A stretch of 64,000 nt of DNA from Abditibacteriaceae bacterium. GTDB lineage: Bacteria; Armatimonadota; Abditibacteriia; Abditibacteriales; Abditibacteriaceae. This document shows, piece after piece, positions 30,985-41,239 of this stretch (positions are counted from its first letter, which is position 1; every line of letters starts with the position of its first letter). A program made the translations under genes and the position numbers. The stretch spans positions 3,488,001-3,552,000 of the forward strand of contig OZ255721.1 of NCBI GenBank assembly GCA_965277285.1, given 5' to 3'. The notes beneath the pieces are model-generated. The model was not told where the DNA came from, made no database searches, and saw only the letters and a list, made by a program, of their open reading frames with translations.

Positions 30985-32568
30985 ATGGCCTCATTTTTCG
31001 ATGCGTTTCGCAAAGTGGCGGAAGCGCCGACCAATCCGCATCCGGTTCAATCTTCGCGCACCTTTGATGTCGCGGATTTATACGCCGGGCTGGTCGAAAT
31101 CGGTGAAAGTGAAACCGCGCGCGCTTCGCTCGATGAAAAGCTGCGGCAGGCGTATTTTTGGGTCGTTAATCACGCGATTATCTCTCCGTATTATGACATC
31201 GAGTACTCGAATGCGCCGCCGCAAACCTTCACTTTCGGCGACGCGCAAAACGCGCTGCATCTACCCACCGATCAAAGTTACTCGTCATTTGTACTCTTGC
31301 CGCTATTGAACCTTGTGTTGCGTCGTCGTTGCTTGCTGGTTGGCGGGCCAGGACGCGGCAAAACCGCCAGCGCGATTTTGATCGGCGTCATCGCAGGTTA
31401 TTCGCTGCAGGAAATTCGGCGCGCGATTCAGCACGGTCAGCCGCAAATGACGATTTCCGATTTGCTGGGAAATCCTTTGCCGTCTTCGATGGTCAACGCG
31501 CAGGACATGGAAAGCGTGACGATCGCGTGGCGCAAATGGCTTTCGATGCGCGTCAAAATCGTGGACGAATACAATCGCATTCCAACGCGCACGCAATCGG
31601 CGTTGCTCACTGTGATGGCCGACAATTACGCTGAGATTTTGGATCACGTTTACGAATGTCCCGAAGCGGCCTGGTATCTGACAGCCAACGATGAAGCGGG
31701 CGGCGGAACCTATCAAGTGATCGAAGCCTTGCGCGACCGCATCGATGTCGTCGTCAAAGCCTTGCATTTCAACACGCGATTCTTAGGCGAACTTTTGGAG
31801 CGCATCGAAGGCGACATTCGACCGGAAACCCTTGTGCCGTCGCAGATCGTGTTCACCGAAGAGGAAATCGAAGCCGCGCACAAACAGATTTTAGCGATTG
31901 CGCTTCCGCCGCCTTTGCGTCGCCGCATCGAGTTTTTCGCCGCCAACTTCGAGTACTCGGAAGTCGCGGCGGAGCAGATGGAATACAAAACCAAAGACAC
32001 CGCGAAATTGTCCGGCGTCGATTGGAATCTGCTGACCTCTCGTGAAACTGGCAAGGACAAAACGCGCGATTTAGGTTCGCAAACGAAAAACGGTTTATCG
32101 GTGCGCGCTTTGATGACGTGCTTGGTTTTCGCCAAAGCGATGGCGTGGTTCAGAGGCAACAGCGAAGTTTCGTTTGAAGACGTGCGCCAGATTTTGCCCT
32201 TTGTTTTGCACGACAAATTGGCGCAGGACGCCGATTCGCCGTGGTTCGAGCAAAGCGGTAACGCGGTTTATCGCATCGATAAAATCGGTTGGATTCGCCG
32301 CTTGTTCGACTTGTCGTGTCAGGAATATGAACGCTTGAATCTCGACCGCGACGATGTTGTCGCCGTTTTGTGGGACGAGTTCAAGCGCGGCCTGGAAAGT
32401 TTGGACGAGCGCGAAGTGCGCAATCGCCTGGTGAAAATCGAGCGCGTTTTAACCGATTGGAGCCGCAACCGCAAAGTTTACGGCTCGACCTTCGACGACA
32501 TTTTAACGCTCAAATATATGCACCAACGTTACACGAATTATTTGAAATGGCTGCATTGGAAAGGCTGA
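30985..32568 (+). CDS. MoxR-like AAA+ ATPase
   Basis: GGPGRGKT, IVDEYNR, QSALL, TAN, EALRDR, LSVRA. Confidence 0.88.
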   Translation: MASFFDAFRKVAEAPTNPHPVQSSRTFDVADLYAGLVEIGESETARASLDEKLRQAYFWVVNHAIISPYYDIEYSNAPPQTFTFGDAQNALHLPTDQSYSSFVLLPLLNLVLRRRCLLVGGPGRGKTASAILIGVIAGYSLQEIRRAIQHGQPQMTISDLLGNPLPSSMVNAQDMESVTIAWRKWLSMRVKIVDEYNRIPTRTQSALLTVMADNYAEILDHVYECPEAAWYLTANDEAGGGTYQVIEALRDRIDVVVKALHFNTRFLGELLERIEGDIRPETLVPSQIVFTEEEIEAAHKQILAIALPPPLRRRIEFFAANFEYSEVAAEQMEYKTKDTAKLSGVDWNLLTSRETGKDKTRDLGSQTKNGLSVRALMTCLVFAKAMAWFRGNSEVSFEDVRQILPFVLHDKLAQDADSPWFEQSGNAVYRIDKIGWIRRLFDLSCQEYERLNLDRDDVVAVLWDEFKRGLESLDEREVRNRLVKIERVLTDWSRNRKVYGSTFDDILTLKYMHQRYTNYLKWLHWKG

Positions 32569-32572
32569 ACTT

Positions 32573-32668
32573 GTAGGGACATGGCAAGCCATGTCCGCGA
32601 TACATGGTATTTGCGCTATATCGAGTACTCAAACCGACAATTGCGGACATGGCAAGCTATGTCCCTAC
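32573..32668. repeat. Inverted GTAG-REP doublet with a 12-mer variant in the spacer
   Basis: GTAGGGACATGGCAAGCCATGTCCGC ... GCGGACATGGCAAGCTATGTCCCTAC; TCGAGTACTCAA at 32621. Confidence 0.8.
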
Positions 32669-32671
32669 ATT

Positions 32672-33661
32672 ATGAACGACGCTTTTACTGCTGTTCTCGA
32701 ACGCAATCGCCGTGGCTTCAACGCGCAGTTTATGCAGGCGCGGCAGATGGCGCCGTCGTTGGATGGCGAAGAGTTTGCGGCACATTTGCGCGGGAACGTC
32801 GCGCCGATTGTTGGAGCGTGCGACGCGATTTCTTCCGAGCGAACGCACGAAGTCGTCGAGGTTTTGTATGAACTTTCGTTGCAATTGATGAGCAAAGGTT
32901 TGCTGGGCAACCAAACGCGAAACCCGTTGTTGCAAAAGGCGTGGACGCAATTGTTGCCGCATTTGGCGAACCAAATTGTTCTGTCGCCGCGCCGCGTTGT
33001 GGGCAGCGTTTGCAACGCGGTTGTCGCCTTGTCGCAAACGCCCAAAGTGCGAGCCGAGAATTGGATGCAAATGATGCGCGAAGTCGCGCCGGCGTGCGCC
33101 GATGTCGAAACATTCCTATGCGCTGGACGTGTCCTCGCGTGGCGTTGCGGAATGGCACATACGCGCGAAAACGCTTTGCATCTCGGGCGAAGTTTGCCCG
33201 CGAACATCGTGCGTTTCCTGTTCAATTTGCCCAACGATACAACGTCCGCAGCTTTGGAACAAATGTGGTCGAATCTGCAAAACGATGTCTGGATTTCTCC
33301 AACCGAAGCCGCCGTTTCGAGTCCTCGATCTTCCAGTTTGAAACTTGTGGCGCAAGTCGGCGACTTTCGCGGCTTTGGCGGAAACTTCCAATCGCCGCCG
33401 CGCGTGACGAGCGAAAACGGCGCGTTTTATGTTTCCGAGCAATCGCAAAGCTGGCGAATTTTCGCCGATGTTTTCGGCGCGACGTTGATTCGCGTGCGCG
33501 GCGAAGTGGTGGCTTCACCAAGTTCTTTCGCGTCTGTGCCAAATTGGAATCGAGTACTCGAAACGTTTCCCGAAGCGCAAAACGCTCTTTCGACGGCGTT
33601 CGACGGACGAACCATCGCTCTTACAATGGCGACTTCGCATCGCGTGTTCTTGTTTGCGTGA
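32672..33661 (+). CDS. Hypothetical protein of the MoxR operon
   Basis: Long co-oriented ORF with LAWRCGMAH.R and GDFRGFGG.F..PP segments. Start placed after the REP doublet. Confidence 0.75.
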   Translation: MNDAFTAVLERNRRGFNAQFMQARQMAPSLDGEEFAAHLRGNVAPIVGACDAISSERTHEVVEVLYELSLQLMSKGLLGNQTRNPLLQKAWTQLLPHLANQIVLSPRRVVGSVCNAVVALSQTPKVRAENWMQMMREVAPACADVETFLCAGRVLAWRCGMAHTRENALHLGRSLPANIVRFLFNLPNDTTSAALEQMWSNLQNDVWISPTEAAVSSPRSSSLKLVAQVGDFRGFGGNFQSPPRVTSENGAFYVSEQSQSWRIFADVFGATLIRVRGEVVASPSSFASVPNWNRVLETFPEAQNALSTAFDGRTIALTMATSHRVFLFA

Positions 33662-33670
33662 AAAATATAA

Positions 33671-33787
33671 CGCCCGCCCATGAATGAGCGGGCTGAATCA
33701 ACAAGACCGCTAAAGCGGCCTCCAGTACGCGAATCCCAGTCCCATTTATGGGGCTTATTCATCAGCCCGCTCATTCATGGGCGGGCG
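33671..33787. repeat. REP-like inverted repeat
   Basis: CGCCCGCCCATGAATGAGCGGGCTGA ... TCAGCCCGCTCATTCATGGGCGGGCG; degenerate TCCAGTACGCGA at 33721. Confidence 0.8.
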
Positions 33788-33795
33788 CTTGCTCT

Positions 33796-35574
33796 ATGGC
33801 TCTCAACCTCACAACCGAAATGCAAACTTTGCGCGCCCAATGGCAAGCCGCGTGGCCGGACGCGTTGGCCACTTGGAGCCGTTTTACACGCTTGCAGGAA
33901 CCGCGTTTTTGCATTTCGCGGGAACAGGAAAAACAAGAAGGTTTGACCGGCAGTTTTGCCATGATTCGGCTGGATGACCACGCTGTTGTGATTTCGCTGA
34001 AGCAAATTCAGGAAAGCGGTTTGAACGATTTCGCGCTGCCGATTTTGGCGCACGAAATCGGGCATCACATTTTGTGTCCGGGCGATTTGGGCGATCATGC
34101 GCGAACTCTGGCGCGAATGCGTTACGCTTTGCCGACCAAAGAAATCCACGCGCCGATGATCGCCAACCTTTACACCGATTTGCTGATTAACGACCGCTTG
34201 CAAAAACAAAATAATTTGCCGATGGACGCCATCTATCGAGTACTCGAAAGCCGCAAAAGTGAAGTGGAAACCTCGCAGTTATGGACGTTTTATTTGCGCA
34301 CTTACGAAGTGTTGTGGAGCTTGCCCAAAGGCGATCTGGCGCATGGCACTTGGAGCGATTCGCTCGAAGCGGACGCCGTTTTAGGAGCGCGCGTCGTGCG
34401 TTCATATGCCAAAGATTGGCTGCGCGGCAGCGGGCGTTTCGCGGCGCTTTGCCTGACTTATTTGATGAACGACGACAATTCCGCAGAGCAAAACGCCGTC
34501 AAAGTTTGGCTCGATGCGGCGGGCGCGATGACCAACGGCGACGCAATCCCCGACGGACTTTGCGAAATGGACGACGACGAAATCGAGAGCGCGCGGCATC
34601 CGGCTTTCGATGAGCAGTTGTCGGGCATTCGCAATCAGGTCGTGCCGCAGGAAAACGTTCTCTCACCGCAAGATTCGCAAGGCACAATCGGAACTGGAAC
34701 CGATCCGCAATCGAGTACTCGATACCGCGACGTGGGCGAATACATTGATATTTTGCGCAGCCTGGGCGTGAAATTGTCGGATCACGAAATTGCGATTCGC
34801 TATTACCGCGAGCGCGCCTTGCCGCACTTGATTCGCTTTCCGGTCAGAATGAAGCCGCAAGCGAGCGAACCGTCGCCCGAAGGAATTGAAGCGTGGGAAG
34901 CGGGCGAGCCTTTGCAGCAAATCGACTGGCTGCAAACCACGTTGAACAATCCGTTTGTGATTCCTGGATATACGACGGTGCAGCGCATTTACGGCGATTC
35001 GCCGGGCAGCGATCCGCAGCGCGAAGCGGACGACCTTTATCTGGGCATCGATTGTTCGGGTTCGATGCCCAATCCTCAGCAGCAGTTGTCGTTTCCGGTT
35101 TTGGCGGCGACGATTATGGCGTTGTCGGCGTTGCGAGCCGGTGCGCGCGTGATGGCGGTTTTGTCGGGCGACCCTGGCCCGATGGTTTCGAGTGGCGACT
35201 TTGTGCGCGACGAACATCGAGTACTCGAAACCTTGACCGGCTACCTGGGAACGGGTTACGCGTTTGGCGTGCATCACATGGCAGGAACGTTTGAAACGCG
35301 CGATAAAGCGCGGCCTGCGCATATCGTTCTGGTTACGGACGCCGATTTGTTCCACATGATGGACGAAGGAAAGCCTGTTGATAACTGGACGCGAGCGCAT
35401 AATTCTCTGCTGCGTGCGGGCAAAGGCACTTGCGCTTTGAACATTGACGAAGCGCAGCACAAAGAACGCGTTGCACGTTTGCGCGCTGATGGTTGGCGCG
35501 TCCACAGCGTGCGCGACTGGAACGAACTGATGGAATTCGCGCGCAACTTTAGCCGCGAAAACTACGAGAAATGA
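33796..35574 (+). CDS. HEXXH metallopeptidase-like domain plus C-terminal VWA domain
   Basis: LAHEIGHH; MIDAS motif IDCSGSM...GT...VTD. Confidence 0.85.
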   Translation: MALNLTTEMQTLRAQWQAAWPDALATWSRFTRLQEPRFCISREQEKQEGLTGSFAMIRLDDHAVVISLKQIQESGLNDFALPILAHEIGHHILCPGDLGDHARTLARMRYALPTKEIHAPMIANLYTDLLINDRLQKQNNLPMDAIYRVLESRKSEVETSQLWTFYLRTYEVLWSLPKGDLAHGTWSDSLEADAVLGARVVRSYAKDWLRGSGRFAALCLTYLMNDDNSAEQNAVKVWLDAAGAMTNGDAIPDGLCEMDDDEIESARHPAFDEQLSGIRNQVVPQENVLSPQDSQGTIGTGTDPQSSTRYRDVGEYIDILRSLGVKLSDHEIAIRYYRERALPHLIRFPVRMKPQASEPSPEGIEAWEAGEPLQQIDWLQTTLNNPFVIPGYTTVQRIYGDSPGSDPQREADDLYLGIDCSGSMPNPQQQLSFPVLAATIMALSALRAGARVMAVLSGDPGPMVSSGDFVRDEHRVLETLTGYLGTGYAFGVHHMAGTFETRDKARPAHIVLVTDADLFHMMDEGKPVDNWTRAHNSLLRAGKGTCALNIDEAQHKERVARLRADGWRVHSVRDWNELMEFARNFSRENYEK

Positions 35575-35618
35575 TTCACCGCAGAGAACGCTGAGGGAAA
35601 AACAATGAGCGATGAATT

Positions 35619-35696
35619 GTAGAGGCGTCAGCTTGCTGCGCCCGTCTTTCTGCAATCGAGTACTCGAACACGGGCGCAGCAAGCTGACGCCCCTAC
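35619..35696. repeat. Inverted GTAG-REP doublet with a perfect 12-mer in the spacer
   Basis: GTAGAGGCGTCAGCTTGCTGCGCCCGT ... ACGGGCGCAGCAAGCTGACGCCCCTAC. Confidence 0.82.
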
Positions 35697-35737
35697 ATTC
35701 CTTTTCTCTGCGCCTTCGAGGTGCATAAACTGAAACC

Positions 35738-36328
35738 ATGCAAAACGAAGGCTGCTCGCTTCAACAATTGACGCATCGCCTGGCCGAATGTCCGGCGGAT
35801 TTTCTGGCTGAACCCGCGATGAATGGGCGCGGCGAAGTCTTTGTGGCCGCTGTTGTCGGCGACTTGCTGCGTGACCTGGGAATGGGCGTTCCATTGCAAA
35901 TCACAACGTTTTTTAACGTATCCGCCGAAAAGCGCAATTGGTTGCAATTGGTTTTGGTCGCGTCATGGTTGCTGCATGACGATTGGTTTTTGTCGAACGT
36001 CAAACTGAATATCGAGTACTCGAAAGGCGCTTTGCAATGGCTTTCCAGCGGCTTGAACGACCTTTCTCTGGTCGTCGATGCGCCGCAATTTGTAAATGAT
36101 CCTGACCGCCGCGAAGAATTGGCGCGTTTGGCTTTAGCAGCTTTGGGTTTGCATCCGCAAGGCGAAAGCGTCGCGCAAGCCCAAAGCCGCCTGACGACAT
36201 TGGACAGCATCGAGCGCCAGCGCGTCGTGTTCCAAACGCGCAAAGCGCAACAACGCGCGCAAGAAATCCGCGAAGCGATGCAGGAAAAAGCCCGCCAGGA
36301 AGCCGCCGCGCGCTATACGCGCGAGTGA
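35738..36328 (+). CDS. Hypothetical helical protein of the MoxR operon
   Basis: 196-aa ORF, DPDRREELAR...GES...LDSIER, coiled-coil C-terminus. Confidence 0.75.
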   Translation: MQNEGCSLQQLTHRLAECPADFLAEPAMNGRGEVFVAAVVGDLLRDLGMGVPLQITTFFNVSAEKRNWLQLVLVASWLLHDDWFLSNVKLNIEYSKGALQWLSSGLNDLSLVVDAPQFVNDPDRREELARLALAALGLHPQGESVAQAQSRLTTLDSIERQRVVFQTRKAQQRAQEIREAMQEKARQEAAARYTRE

Positions 36329-36371
36329 AACAGAGAAACGTCGCGCAACGCTTGAATATGCAGGATTGAAA

Positions 36372-37718
36372 ATGTCTCTTTCCGATGAACAACGCTTTCC
36401 TTTATTGGATGAACACGGCGCGCAGAACTTGAAATGGCTGCGCGAACATCCTCACGCGCCCATCTGGAATTACGCGTGCGGCGATATGTTGTCGGACGAT
36501 TCGTTGCGCCGCGTTCGACAATTTAGTAGCGAGTTGCAACAACAAAGCGGTTGGCAACGCGGCCAAATTCCCCATTGGTTGCAAAAATTCACTGATTTTT
36601 GTCTTCAGGAAGTGCCATTTTATCGCAATCGCCAATCGAGTACTCGAAACGATGATTTCTTCAGTTTGCCGACGACTTCCCGCCGAGACATCGCGCGCGA
36701 GGCGTGGAGTTTCGTGCCCGATGGACAATCGCTTGACGAACTAATTTTGTATCCGACTTCGGGCACAACGGGCGCGCCTCTACCGATTTTGTCGCACCCG
36801 CGCACGACTTCGATGTATTTGCCGCTGCTGGAAAAAGCCTTGTCGCTGCACGGCGTGGCGCTCGAAAAATCGTCGTCGCGCGTGGCGATTGCTTTAGTTT
36901 GCGCGCAAAAGAAAACCTTGACTTATCTCAGCATTTCGTCGGTTCTGGAGAACGCGGGTTTCGTCAAAATCAACTTGAACCGCGACGATTGGCGCGATGA
37001 AAATGATGCCGCGAAGTTTCTCGAAAGTTGCGCGCCGCAAATCATCACCGGCGATCCGGTTTCCTTCGCCGAACTGATGAAACTGCAATCGAGTACTCGA
37101 TGTTCGCTCCAGCCGCGCGCTCTGATTTCTTCAGCGACAACGCTTTTACCGGCTTTGAAAAATCAACTCGAAGTGTATTTCCATTGTCCGGTTCTCGATA
37201 TTTATTCAACCAACGAAGCTGGCATGACAGCGGTTGCGACCGGCGAAGGCTGGGAGATTTTGCCGCACGATCTCTATCTCGAAACCTTGCGCGCCGATGG
37301 CACGCCTTGCGACGAGCTTGAAGTCGGCGAAATTGTTATCAGCGGCGGACGCAATCCGTTTTTGCCACTGTTGCGTTATCGCACCGGCGATTTTGGACGC
37401 CTGCAATTTCGAGAAAACCAAATGCCGCTCTTGCTCGATTTCGCGGGACGCGCGCCAGTTTGTTTTCGGGACGCGAACAACGCCGTTTTGACCAGCGTGG
37501 ATGTCGCCAATGCCCTGCGACCATTCACGCTTTCGCATTTCACGATTCATCAAAACGCGGATCGTTCGTTGCTATTGTGCGTGCCACCAAACGCTGCGAA
37601 TGAGGCCGATTTGCGACGCGCTTTGCAAACATCGTTCGGCGCGTTGCCGTTGCAGATCGAAGCGTTTGCCGATTCCGACGAGACATTAAAAACGCTTTAT
37701 AGTAGCGATGTCAATTAG
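36372..37718 (+). CDS. Phenylacetate-CoA ligase/CapK-like adenylate-forming enzyme
   Basis: VPFYR, TSGTTG P-loop, DIYSTNEAG, PLLRYRTGD, GR. Confidence 0.88.
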   Translation: MSLSDEQRFPLLDEHGAQNLKWLREHPHAPIWNYACGDMLSDDSLRRVRQFSSELQQQSGWQRGQIPHWLQKFTDFCLQEVPFYRNRQSSTRNDDFFSLPTTSRRDIAREAWSFVPDGQSLDELILYPTSGTTGAPLPILSHPRTTSMYLPLLEKALSLHGVALEKSSSRVAIALVCAQKKTLTYLSISSVLENAGFVKINLNRDDWRDENDAAKFLESCAPQIITGDPVSFAELMKLQSSTRCSLQPRALISSATTLLPALKNQLEVYFHCPVLDIYSTNEAGMTAVATGEGWEILPHDLYLETLRADGTPCDELEVGEIVISGGRNPFLPLLRYRTGDFGRLQFRENQMPLLLDFAGRAPVCFRDANNAVLTSVDVANALRPFTLSHFTIHQNADRSLLLCVPPNAANEADLRRALQTSFGALPLQIEAFADSDETLKTLYSSDVN

Positions 37719-37721
37719 GAA

Positions 37722-37864
37722 ATAACGAACCCGGGTGCCCTCTGGGCGGACGTGAGCGCCGGGTCTTCTCTTTGATAGTGCTTTGTGTGTTGAAGCGATT
37801 CATAAACATTATCGACAAAAGACCCGTCGCTCACGTCCGCCCAGAGGGCACTCAGGTTCGTTAT
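37722..37864. repeat. Long inverted repeat related to 5002-5100
   Basis: ATAACGAACCCGGGTGCCCTCTGGGCGGACGTGAGCGCCGGGTCTT ... AAGACCCGTCGCTCACGTCCGCCCAGAGGGCACTCAGGTTCGTTAT; abuts the 12-mer at 37864. Confidence 0.8.
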
Positions 37865-37981
37865 CGAGTACTCGAAGTTCAATTCAATGTGCTGAATTGT
37901 TTTCCCATTGCAAATGCGGCAAGCCTTTTTTGCGCCGAACCAAACGTGCGTTTGTCCTGCCAATTGCGGCGGTAGTCGATT

Positions 37982-38260
37982 TTACTGTGTTGACGCGACG
38001 CGACGCGCCAGAAGCCACAACCAGTACACGTTGAAAGCGATGTGCCAGATTTCCAAATGCACGAAAACCGACGTGACGAGCGCCCACGGCTGGCCTTCCC
38101 AAACGGCGCGGTCGGGAAAATAACCCCAATGTGCGGCTGCCGCCCACGACTTATCGCCCGACAAGTTCAGCGCGAGGAAAACCATCACGCAAAACGCGCA
38201 CGCCGAAGCCGTCAAAGGCGCCGTAAAAATCTTGGAGCGAAAAAGAGATTCAAATCGCAT
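37982..38260 (-). pseudogene. Truncated rhomboid protease (N-terminal part only)
   Basis: GQPWALVTSVFVHLEIWHIAFN matches the rhomboid HxxxxHxxxN region. It stops at 92 aa, and no catalytic GxSG is seen. Confidence 0.7.
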
Positions 38261-38432
38261 GAACTTGGTGAATGGAAGGCAGCAAAAACAAGTTGTGCGC
38301 GGCTGTCGCGTTCTTTCTCAATCGGCTACGAACAGCGCAACGCCCGCAATACCTCGGATGGTTAGTATGAGAAAATTTGAACGTGTTCGAGTACTCGATT
38401 TCTGGTGTTGTGCGTACGCTTATAAGAACACA

Positions 38433-39455
38433 TCATTCTATGCCAAACTGCTGTTCTAAGGCGGGGAGATGAGCGCGTGCCACATCGAGCAACATTAGTG
38501 TCTTGCTGATTTCTCTGGTACCCAAAAGCTGTTCCGCCGCGTCAGCCGTGACCAAACCCAGTGAGCGCTGCATATTGAATTTTAGCCAACCACACCAATT
38601 TCCCATATAAGCCTGCAGACCACAACGAACCTGTTTTGCGGCCAGCGGAGTCTCACGACGGTAGCCTTGCAGGAAGGCTTCGAAGGTTGCGGCATTGGGA
38701 TGACCTTCGGCTTGACCACTCCAGTCCAAAGCGGCTCCGACCGCTTCGATGGCGGGTTGAACGTATCCAGCACATTCCCAATCGATAAGCCATGGAGTGT
38801 GGTTGTCAAACCAGAGTACGTTTTTTTGATCAAGGTCGCCATGACTGATTACCCAGCGATCCGGCAACAACTGTTTCGCCTTTTCCGACAGAGACTTCCA
38901 GAGCAAAATCTCGGGAAGTAACTCCCTAACCTGCGCCGCCCACACGCTTTGTTGCTGTTCACCTTTATCTAACAGCATGATCCAATCGGCAGCCTCTGAT
39001 GGTTCTTCAACGAAGTCGGGGGCTGGCAAAGGAGCGTGCAATTCTGCGAAATGCAGACGTAACCCATGAATACGCCCCAAGATGCTTCCGATTTGATGCG
39101 CGTGAGCGGGTTCGGTGGATGACGCCGAGAGCGTGAATCCGTCAATCCAGGGGAACAACATCACGGTAGCTGAGCCAACATCATGAATCACGTCACCACA
39201 ACTTTCGATAGCACCGATAACCGGTAGTTGAGCGGCAGACACCGCCGCTGCAATCCGTTCGCTCAATCGAAACTTGGCGCGTACATCCGCGTAACCCATA
39301 ACGGTAGGATTAAGCACTTTGACAGCAAAGTCACCATGCGTTGTGCGAATACGATACATGTGATGCAGTAACCCGCCGGTGACTCGCTGAGGAGCGCCCA
39401 AAGGCGTTCCCAAAGCATATAATTCGTACAACTTCTCCAACATTTGCCTATTCAT
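38433..39455 (-). CDS. Aminoglycoside-phosphotransferase/kinase-like protein
   Basis: GGLLH, AVKVLN, SHGDLDQKNVL, LIDWE. Confidence 0.88.
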   Translation of the reverse strand: MNRQMLEKLYELYALGTPLGAPQRVTGGLLHHMYRIRTTHGDFAVKVLNPTVMGYADVRAKFRLSERIAAAVSAAQLPVIGAIESCGDVIHDVGSATVMLFPWIDGFTLSASSTEPAHAHQIGSILGRIHGLRLHFAELHAPLPAPDFVEEPSEAADWIMLLDKGEQQQSVWAAQVRELLPEILLWKSLSEKAKQLLPDRWVISHGDLDQKNVLWFDNHTPWLIDWECAGYVQPAIEAVGAALDWSGQAEGHPNAATFEAFLQGYRRETPLAAKQVRCGLQAYMGNWCGWLKFNMQRSLGLVTADAAEQLLGTREISKTLMLLDVARAHLPALEQQFGIE

Positions 39456-39651
39456 AATCGCTTTGTGCCTGCTATTGGGGCGCAGCAACTTCGCTCCGCC
39501 TCTTTCTGGTAGCGAAGGCCGTCAAAGGCGCCGTATAAAGCTTGGAGCGAAAAAGAGATTCTATTCGCATGAACTCAGTGAATCAAAGGCAGCCAAAATC
39601 AAGAGCAAAAGTTAAGGAATCGAGTACTCGATTGTAAGCGAAAATCAAGAC

Positions 39652-40722
39652 TTACGGCTTAACCAAGATGATTTCATCTGCGTTGGTTCCTACCTTCGTG
39701 AAGAGTATGGGAGTTTGCTCCTCCCCCTCATTTTCTGCTGAGAGAAAAGCAACTGCTTGATTGTAGGCTTGTTGCAACGAAAGGCCAAAGCCAATAGCTG
39801 AGTAGAATTGGGCGGAGAAATTACGTGCTGCTTCATCGCCAATGGAAGTTGCCATACCTACAGCCGCATCAACATGTTGTGTCATTTCATCTGCCTGATG
39901 CTGCGAAAAACAGGTGTTAAAAATCACCAGGCGCAAGTTGGAAGCGGATGAAGCTAACATCTGAACAATGGCTGTTTTACTCACAGCTTTCGCATTGCCT
40001 GCGGCGTCTTGAAATATAATTTCATCTGCTCTGCTTCCATGCCCACTAAAATGAACAATCTGCGGCTCGTGTTCATTCAAAGCTTGCAGCAAATCAGAAG
40101 ACCTAACCGCCCAAATTGATTGAAGTTCCACTGCCTCACGGTGCTTTGATGCACGAATTTTCTCTGTAATAGAGCGAACCTCTTCTCCGAGCGCCAGACG
40201 GTTTTCATCTTGTGGGTCGGCAGCACAAAATAAAACCTTAATCTTTGATGGTAACTTTGCCAAGTCAGTCATTGCTTGCCTTCTTATCGCAGATTGTAGT
40301 GCGGATTGACGCTCATACTCTCGCGTCACTTCGCGGCTACGGCGTAGTTGTTCTTCTGTTGTGCGTTTTGTTTCTGCCTCGTGGCGCTTCGCAGCATCCT
40401 GCAACTGACGATTTTCGTACGCCTGTGCATTTGCCAAGTTTGTCTGAGCGCGCCCAAGATCGCTCATCTTGCTGCCCATCCTTTTTTCCAGATCAGAAAT
40501 TGAAGAGGAAATACGCGCACCTTCTGCTTGCTTGGACGCCAATCGTGACATTTCGGAAGCGAGTGATGAGACACTGCTCGACGAATTCATGCTGCGCGTG
40601 ATGGACGATATATCATCGTTGATGCGAGCAATGCGCGCACCTTCGTTTGCAATCTTACTACGCAGATCGCCTATATCGCTTTGCAAACGGGAAACTTCGT
40701 TTTGATAAGAACTCGCTGACAT
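39652..40722 (-). CDS. CHAT (caspase-like) domain protein with N-terminal coiled coil
   Basis: KVLFCAADP...LALGEEVR, IVHFSGHG (His), IFNTCFS (Cys); AAGGAGG RBS. Confidence 0.9.
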   Translation of the reverse strand: MSASSYQNEVSRLQSDIGDLRSKIANEGARIARINDDISSITRSMNSSSSVSSLASEMSRLASKQAEGARISSSISDLEKRMGSKMSDLGRAQTNLANAQAYENRQLQDAAKRHEAETKRTTEEQLRRSREVTREYERQSALQSAIRRQAMTDLAKLPSKIKVLFCAADPQDENRLALGEEVRSITEKIRASKHREAVELQSIWAVRSSDLLQALNEHEPQIVHFSGHGSRADEIIFQDAAGNAKAVSKTAIVQMLASSASNLRLVIFNTCFSQHQADEMTQHVDAAVGMATSIGDEAARNFSAQFYSAIGFGLSLQQAYNQAVAFLSAENEGEEQTPILFTKVGTNADEIILVKP

Positions 40723-40744
40723 AAATGCCTCCTTGCTCCTAACG

Positions 40745-41239
40745 TTATCGGTGGAGTGCACGATTCAAAAGAGGAGAAATGTATACGATATAAGCGTATT
40801 CACTATCCTCACGATGTATCTTCACCCAGCCTAATTTACGAAAGAAGTCAATGAAATGGTAAGTAATGAGGAATGGTTGGCCGAGCGATGACGCGATGCT
40901 TTGCACTACCGCGCTTTCCTCATCGTTTACAGTGAGAAGATGAAGGCCGACTTTTTCAGTCAAGTCATCGTAGTTTGGTATGAAAAGTGTGCAAGCTTCG
41001 TCAAAACCTGCGTTTGTCAATCGTACGTGGCCTGGAGCTACCTCAGACAGAAGACCTCTGTCGACCAAGCAGAGAATTGATTCATCAGCTTCCTCTTCTC
41101 TATTACCTGCGTTAACGCAATTCTCTACGATAGAATGTGAGGCATGGTACGAATGATACGCCGTATTAATGTCCGCATCGAATACAATGCGTAGAATGCG
41201 CTTTTCAAGATCGCTCAAGGGAATAAAAACGTCTAACAT
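40745..41239 (-). CDS. Hypothetical protein (possible winged-helix) upstream of the CHAT gene
   Basis: AAGGAG RBS, AT-rich, LVDRGLL...VRLTNAG pattern. Confidence 0.65.
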   Translation of the reverse strand: MLDVFIPLSDLEKRILRIVFDADINTAYHSYHASHSIVENCVNAGNREEEADESILCLVDRGLLSEVAPGHVRLTNAGFDEACTLFIPNYDDLTEKVGLHLLTVNDEESAVVQSIASSLGQPFLITYHFIDFFRKLGWVKIHREDSEYAYIVYISPLLNRALHR

